A program made the translations under genes and the position numbers. A DNA stretch of 42,579 nt from Octopus bimaculoides (Eukaryota), in contig NC_068992.1 in assembly GCF_001194135.2 (NCBI RefSeq), positions 24,739,689 through 24,782,267 of the forward strand. Reading direction: 5' to 3'. The notes below the pieces were generated by a model. It did not search any database and was not told the origin of the DNA. It saw only the letters and a program-made list of their open reading frames with translations. Positions 34,844 to 42,579 of this stretch are shown here, in pieces. Numbering within the stretch: position 1 is the stretch's first letter; every line of letters starts with the position of its first letter.

Positions 34844-35682
34844 GATAGATAGATAGATAGACGTTAGGTTTGTAAATCGGAGATTTGGCTGCTATTTCGA
34901 GTTATTCAAGCAACCACGTAGAGGTTCACCCGCAAATTGTGTCCGATTGAGAAAGAAAATAATAACAAGTGTAATGTGCTCCACGGGGTGGACAGTGGCC
35001 AGTGTGCAGCACTAAAGCGGTGAGAAGAAAACGTACACTCTTTCTAGTGGTTCAAGCAACTGGGCAGTGGTCACGCTGGAGCACAACGCTGTCTTATTTC
35101 TTAGAATATTCTTTGAATTAGTATTTTTTCTTGTTTGTTATTCATTTATTTAGATGGAGGTAACGAAAAAATCCCAACGGACTTCTCGAATACAGCAAAC
35201 AATATTTATTTGAATTTCGCTTTAGTTGTACGAGGCTTGGCACCACAAGCAGAATCGAGGCGTAGGGAAATGAATGAATGAATGAAAAGGAGGGGAAAGT
35301 AAGATGTGAATGAATGAAGAAATAAATAAATGAATGAAAGAATAAGTGAATGAAGGAATGAAAGAGTAGCGTTCGAAAATACTGGCATTCTACTCAACCT
35401 TTCCAGTGAAAACTAAAGGGAAATGTCTGAGTTACAGGAATACAGATACGAATGTAAATAAACGCGCGCGCGCACAAGCACACGCACACACATGCACATA
35501 CACATGCGCATACACGCACGCACACGCACACACATACGTGCACGCACGCACGCACACACACGCACGCGTGCACACACACGAGCACACGGTCATACACACG
35601 CAGATATACGAATTCATATAGCATATCTATCTCTCTACCTCTCTATCTATCTATCTGTCTATCTGTCTACCTGTCTGTTTGT

Positions 35683-35725
<43 letters not shown>

Positions 35726-35730
35726 GTCTA

Positions 35731-35765
<35 letters not shown>

Positions 35766-35876
35766 TGTCTGTCAGTTTATCTTTCTGTACGTGTGTATGT
35801 ACGTGCCTGTGTGTGTTTCTTTGTGTGTGTCTGTGCGTGTGTATTATGATTCTGCTAAACCATAATGATAATACAT

Positions 35877-35910
<34 letters not shown>

Positions 35911-36263
35911 GAACCCCGTAGATCTTCTACGAAGAATATCCCAGTGTCAGTCGACCAATCGACCAGTTTTAGTTGAAGCCGTCGAGTATTTCACAGACAA
36001 CCTTCATGTAGTTTTCCAACGATGATTCTATTTTCCACAATGTTATAAGCATTAGGATGGTTCTTTGAATGACAGCTAAAATTCTGACAACCCAAATTCA
36101 CTTAAAGAATGATTAAATCGATCTGAGGTTAAGAAACACGATTTTTATCTAAGTTGCCACGCAGCGAATTCGACATACACGTGTGTGTGTATGTGTCTGT
36201 GTATGTATGAATGTACGTATGCGTGTATGCTTGTACATACTATATTCATATGTGTGCGTATGT

Positions 36264-36460
36264 GAATTTCTTCAAGGAATACCAGATAAGCCACCCATAC
36301 CTGGATACAACTCACTCAACAAGAACTCCCTACTTGAGTGGACCATGATACCACAAATCTTGACTTAAAAAAGGATTTAAACAATCCTATCTGGTGGTGC
36401 TATTAAGTTAGACATGGCCTGGACCAATCTTTGGTAGAAATATATCAAAGTTAATCTAAG
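36264..36460 (+). pseudogene. 5'-truncated LINE 3' end (ORF2 C-terminus plus 3' UTR), probably CR1/L2-group
   Basis: Translates as EFLQGIPDKPPIPGYNSLNKNSLLEW (stop at 36366-36368). This matches the FLxxIPDxP..PGY....NSL motif recalled from invertebrate LINE ORF2 C-termini. Clade is uncertain. Confidence 0.55.
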
Positions 36461-36467
36461 TTTATAT

Positions 36468-36879
36468 AGGAGTGGCTGTGTGGTAAGTTGCTTGCTTACC
36501 AATCACATGGTTACGAGTTCAGTCCCACTGCGTAGCACCTTGGGCAAGTGTCTTCTAATATAGCCTCGGGCCCACCAAAGCCTTTTGAGTGGATTTGGTA
36601 GATAGAAAATGAAAGAAGCCCGTCGTATATATCTCTCTCTGTATATATATATATATGTTTGCATATCTGTGTTTGTCCCCCAGCATCGTTTGACAACCGA
36701 TGCTGATGTGTTTACTCCTCCGTAAACTAGCGGTTCGGCAAAATAGACCGATAGAATAAGTACTAGGCTTACAAAGATTAAGTCCTGGGGTTGATTTGTT
36801 CGACTAAAGGCGGTGCTCCTGCATGGCCGCAGTCAAATGACTGAATCAAATAAATAAAGAAAAGAAAGGATAAAAGAAT
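36468..36879 (+). mobile_element. SINE family A, full length, short central (AT)n
   Basis: A box-like tggctgtgtgg, B box gagttcagtccc, ccttgggcaagtg CORE-like box, complete 3' half. Confidence 0.92.
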
Positions 36880-36884
36880 ATATA

Positions 36885-36942
<58 letters not shown>

Positions 36943-37865
36943 CAGTGCAATATATGGTATTCATAGAATCCTGCGGTAACCAGAGAAAAGTTCCTCCAGA
37001 CGACCCAGCTCCCATACCACACGGTAACCCAATACGGAGGAGTATAATGTAGAATCGTATGCAGTTGATATCCACTAGATCCAATATATGAAACAGTTTC
37101 ATGAGGAATATATATTGAACATAAAAAGTCGGGTGGGATGACAGATGAAAATATTTATTTCACCAGTTGATAACCGTAGGATGACAGCCGTTTCGTAACC
37201 TTCATCATATAATGATAATTTCAGTGCACAATAAATTATTTTACATACCAATATGCATGGAACATGCGTTCCACCTCATTTGTTATATATATACATGTAC
37301 AAGGGGTGTTTGCGACAGTAGGTATACAGCAAGTATCTTATCAACGTTAGAATTATTAGCAAATTAATTTAGCATCATTTTTGATATTGTCAGTGTCATT
37401 AATCATAAAACCTTTATCGTAACTTCAAATTTTTTTCGATAAAAATAATACAATATTGTTCGTATTTTCTTTTCTCGTAAATGTGTACCTACATTTGCAC
37501 TACCTTGTGTATGTATATATATATATGTATATATATNNNNNNNNNNGATCTCTTACATAAACACACATTTTGTATATGTGTACAAGTGGCGATGTATGTG
37601 TATATATATGTATGTATAAATGTCTGTCTATCTATCTATCTATCTACCTACCTACCTACCTACCTACCTACCTACCTACCTACAAATCTTTCTGTCTCTT
37701 TGTTTATCTGTATGCATGTATGTATGTATGCATGTATGTATGTATGCATGCTTGCATGTATGTATGCATGTATGACAGCGAAATGGGGCGTAGGAAGATG
37801 GATGTCAATAAATAATAGGTATTGACGAAAAAGATGCGTATGTGTGTGTACGCACAACACACACA

Positions 37866-37902
<37 letters not shown>

Positions 37903-37912
37903 NNNNNNNNNN

Positions 37913-37944
<32 letters not shown>

Positions 37945-38362
37945 TGCATACACACACACACATACATACACTACCCGTATGTATTTACTACAGAAGACAG
38001 ACAAGCCTGCAAACAAATGTCGTCTGCAACACACACTTATGAACACGTGTGTCTGTATATGTTCTTTTACACATGCACACACGCATGTCGTTCCGATACT
38101 TTTCGTCTTCTTTGCCTCTCTCTCTCTCGTCTTCTCTCATTCCTCTCTATACATACATAATACGTACATACATTCGTGCGTACGTAGTTTATACGTAGAT
38201 ATATATATATACGTACATACATAGATATATAAACATTCGTACGTACATCCATTGATCGTGGTGGTTTGGACGGCCGAGGATTCTTAGATTCGGTTTCGAA
38301 TCTAGGCTTGGAGAAGGAAGTGTTAATTTTTACACATCCATACATACATACATATAATACAA

Positions 38363-38429
<67 letters not shown>

Positions 38430-38567
38430 TATAGATATATATACACATACACAGACATACCCACACACCCATACATACATACATAATACATACATACATA
38501 CATACGTACATTCATACATACATTTAATACATACATATATGCATACATACGTACACATATAGAGCAA

Positions 38568-38610
38568 GGTAGATAGATAGATAGATAGATAGATAGATAC
38601 ATAGATAGAT

Positions 38611-38651
<41 letters not shown>

Positions 38652-38672
38652 CATAGATAGATAGATAGATAG
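38568..38672 (+). repeat. (GATA)n microsatellite
   Basis: Read directly. Confidence 0.9.
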
Positions 38673-38687
38673 ATGTACGGATATAGC

Positions 38688-38925
38688 CGTGTAGCTTAGA
38701 CGTACAAATGAGAATTTCGTATTTTTTGAGTTCGATCCCAAAATACGGAAGCACAGAGGCACATGTTGGCAAAATCCATTTTCCTCCTCTAACACGTGCA
38801 AGCGCGATGGTGTGTGTGAGTGTATGCCTATGTGTGTGTGCTGTATGTGCACACATTGTGTTCCTTAAGGTTGCGTAACTTAGCGATCCAACAAACTGAA
38901 AGATCGATGAAATAAGTATGATAAA
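38688..38925 (+). mobile_element. Very old tRNA-headed SINE with family A-like 3' motifs
   Basis: tagccgtgtagcttag and gagttcgatccc form a head; later gtaacttagcgatc and gatcgatgaaataagta resemble the family A tail. Confidence 0.4.
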
Positions 38926-39129
38926 CTAATATAGGAACTGGCATCGTTTTAATCGATAAAACATTTGGATATTAATGATTGATGAAGCTCCATCTAGGCC
39001 GTCGTTCAATTACTGAAATTTGCTTAAAGAATGAACGCATGCATATATATGTATACACACACACATATACAAACACATACACACATATGTGAATGCTGTA
39101 TATATATATATATAAACAAAAGTAAATGA

Positions 39130-39192
<63 letters not shown>

Positions 39193-39439
39193 TACATACG
39201 CACACATACACACACATATATTCATACATTTTTCATATTTTCCTTTTTATATATGCATACATACGTGTATATATATATATACATGCATTCTTATATATAT
39301 ATATATGTGTGTGAATGTGTATATGTGTATGTATTTGTGTATGTGCGTATGAGAGGAGAGAGAGAGACAGACAGACAGACAGAAATAGCTGGTTATATAG
39401 ATAGAAAGACACACACACATACACACACACACACACACA

Positions 39440-39478
<39 letters not shown>

Positions 39479-40040
39479 CCTCTCTCTCTCCCTCACACAC
39501 ATACGCACAAAAATAAAAGACTATGTGTTCATTCACCGCTATATAAACAAATAGACTTTATAATTACACAGACATACACACACACACACACAAATATATA
39601 CACCACATATATACATATACCTACGTGTATATGTGAACTGAGTGTATATGTGTGTGCGTGCGTGTGTGTGTGTGCGCGCACATGTTTATAAGTATATATG
39701 TTTTAACATCATATATGTGGTGCACCGTTATACGTTCGTATGGTTATAGGTATTACTTAAATCGTACTAAGAGGCGTGAAACATACGATGTTGCACATCG
39801 TAGGCTACACATGTGCGTTTCCAGAATCACACACGCCATGTGCCAGTGTGTGCGTATATGTGTGTGTGTTCGTGTACATGTATGTATGTAGGTGTGTGTG
39901 TGTGTATGTGTGTGTGTGTGTGTGTGAATACTTTCATGCATAACCGTGCTGACGTACTCGTAAAATAGTACCAAAATACAGTACATTGACAGTCATATAT
40001 GTTGAGAGACAGACTGAAAGATAGATCGAAAGATAGACAG

Positions 40041-40082
<42 letters not shown>

Positions 40083-40083
<1 letters not shown>

Positions 40084-40128
40084 TTTCTTTATTAGCCACG
40101 CAGGGCCGAACACAGAGAGGACAATACA
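40083..40128 (-). mobile_element. Element H 3' tail only
   Basis: Reverse complement tgtattgtcctctctgtgttcggccctgcgtggctaataaagaaat lies between (AG)n and (CAGA)n/(GATA)n. Confidence 0.65.
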
Positions 40129-40378
40129 GACAGACAGACAGACATACAGACAGACAGACAGACAGACAGACAGATAGATAGATAGATAGATATATATATG
40201 TAGATAGACTGATAGATTAAATAAACAAATTGATAGACTGATACATACACACATACACACACACGCATAAATGGATAGACAGACATGCGTATAGTGAGAA
40301 CAGCAAAACGAGATTGACAGACGGAGGTAAATCGACACATACATATGTAGTATATAGCTGAGTGTGTGAGTGTGTGTG

Positions 40379-40410
<32 letters not shown>

Positions 40411-40604
40411 CGTGCGTGTGTGTGTGTATTGATATTCAGTGACGAGTCGTAGTGGCTCCTATGACTAGCGTTTCGTGTCGATGAATTATTTTTCTACTTT
40501 AAATTATGTAATTAGTTGTTTTTACATAAGTACTTATATACACACACGTAAAGCTAAATAAATAAATATGTAACTAGACACACAGTTACCTATATGTGCG
40601 TGTG

Positions 40605-40664
<60 letters not shown>
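40605..40664 (+). repeat. (GATA)n microsatellite
   Basis: Read directly. Confidence 0.95.
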
Positions 40665-41823
40665 GAGCTTAAGATACGTACGTACATACGAACATTAAAT
40701 GGGAAATATATAAACATAGATAGACAGAGAAATGAAGACACTCGTTCAAAACAGCAGACAGACAGAAAGACTAAAACACAGATAGAAAGACAAGAAACAA
40801 CGACACACTGACCATCGTCTTATACACACATACACACACGTATATATATATATATATATATATANNNNNNNNNNNNNNNNNNNNNNNNNNNNNNNNNNNN
40901 NNNNNNNNNNNNNNNNNNNNNNNNNNNNNNNNNNNNNNNNNNNNNNNNNNNNNNNNNNNNNNNNNNNNNNNNNNNNNNNNNNNNNNNNNNNNNNNNNNNN
41001 NNNNNNNNNNNNNNNNNNNNNNNNNNNNNNNNNNNNNNNNNNNNNNNNNNNNNNNNNNNNNNNNNNNNNNNNNNNNNNNNNNNNNNNNNNNNNNNNNNNN
41101 NNNNNNNNNNNNNNNNNNNNNNNNNNNNNNNNNNNNNNNNNNNNNNNNNNNNNNNNNNNNNNNNNNNNNNNNNNNNNNNNNNNNNNNNNNNNNNNNNNNN
41201 NNNNNNNNNNNNNNNNNNNNNNNNNNNNNNNNNNNNNNNNNNNNNNNNNNNNNNNNNNNNNNNNNNNNNNNNNNNNNNNNNNNNNNNNNNNNNNNNNNNN
41301 NNNNNNNNNNNNNNNNNNNNNNNNNNNNNNNNNNNNNNNNNNNNNNNNNNNNNNNNNNNNNNNNNNNNNNNNNNNNNNNNNNNNNNNNNNNNNNNNNNNN
41401 NNNNNNNNNNNNNNNNNNNNNNNNNNNNNNNNNNNNNNNNNNNNNNNNNNNNNNNNNNNNNNNNNNNNNNNNNNNNNNNNNNNNNNNNNNNNNNNNNNNN
41501 NNNNNNNNNNNNNNNNNNNNNNNNNNNNNNNNNNNNNNNNNNNNNNNNNNNNNNNNNNNNNNNNNNNNNNNNNNNNNNNNNNNNNNNNNNNNNNNNNNNN
41601 NNNNNNNNNNNNNNNNNNNNNNNNNNNNNNNNNNNNNNNNNNNNNNNNNNNNNNNNNNNNNNNNNNNNNNNNNNNNNNNNNNNNNNNNNNNNNNNNNNNN
41701 NNNNNNNNNNNNNNNNNNNNNNNNNNNNNNNNNNNNNNNNNNNNNNNNNNNNNNNNNNNNNNNNNNNNNNNNNNNNNNNNNNNNNNNNNNNNNNNNNNNN
41801 NNNNNNNNNNNNNNNNNNNNNNN

Positions 41824-41886
<63 letters not shown>

Positions 41887-42370
41887 GTATATATTTATCA
41901 TTCTATCTACTTAGCAAAAGAAAATACCAACTTTTATTTTGTATCGAAAAAGAAGAATCTAATTATTTTTATTATTAACAGAGAAAAATGATAACAGTTA
42001 CTCGTGGCCCCATAGTTTCGCATATGCAGTTTATCCTGAAACTCCATATTCTTGTGTAACCCCTCAAGTTTTTAAGCTTATAACTACTTAACTATACTCT
42101 ACATTCCGTAATGANNNNNNNNNNNNNNNNNNNNNNNNNNNNNNNNNNNNNNNNNNNNNNNNNNNNNNNNNNNNNNNNNNNNNNNNNNNNNNNNNNNNNN
42201 NNNNNNNNNNNNNNTTGTTGCACATTTCATGTGCTTACTCCGGTATATATATATATATATCAATATATATATCAATATATATATCAACATATATATATAG
42301 ACACGCTTCTTTGTCCGTTCTTATTACTAGCCCTTTTTCTCCTACCACCACAGAGTGTGTGCGTATGTGA

Positions 42371-42423
<53 letters not shown>

Positions 42424-42579
42424 TGCGTGTGTGCATGTTTGTAAATGCGCGCTTGTGTCTGCATACATACGTTTTATATATAATGTGGGTATTTGGAGTT
42501 ACTTGGCGTGCGGGTTGTTAGTGTGGGTATGACGAGAGGTTAGGGAGTGGTTTGTTTCAATTGATTCTGGTTTCGTCGG

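Noticed and set aside
40440-40480. GAAAC GCTA GTC (minus) and gtcgtag/ctatgac hairpin as a hammerhead
   Set aside because: No CTGANGA in the required position on that strand.

Overview
Eukaryotic, AT-rich, non-genic or intronic DNA from a gapped short-read assembly. It is most likely an octopus genome, inferred from the tRNA-derived SINE types and the very high microsatellite density. No intact protein-coding gene is supported; nearly all supplied ORFs are read-throughs of microsatellites or N gaps. The window holds at least four interleaved tRNA-headed SINE families (A-D; these and the letters E-H are my own labels), a hAT-like MITE family, two LINE 3' relics and a decayed Penelope-like GIY-YIG endonuclease (12460-12851). 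The main result is a set of Penelope-type hammerhead ribozyme elements. (i) A ~410-bp terminally redundant insertion (19411-19818, 357-bp monomer plus ~55-bp repeat, 12-bp flanking duplication) carries a near-complete type I hammerhead on the minus strand and looks like a retrozyme copied from a circular RNA. (ii) A 298-bp SINE-like element (4854-5151, 14-bp TSD) joins a Pol III tRNA-type head to a decayed minimal hammerhead. (iii) Several weaker hammerhead-core relics are also present. None of this has been checked computationally; alignments and folds were done by eye.
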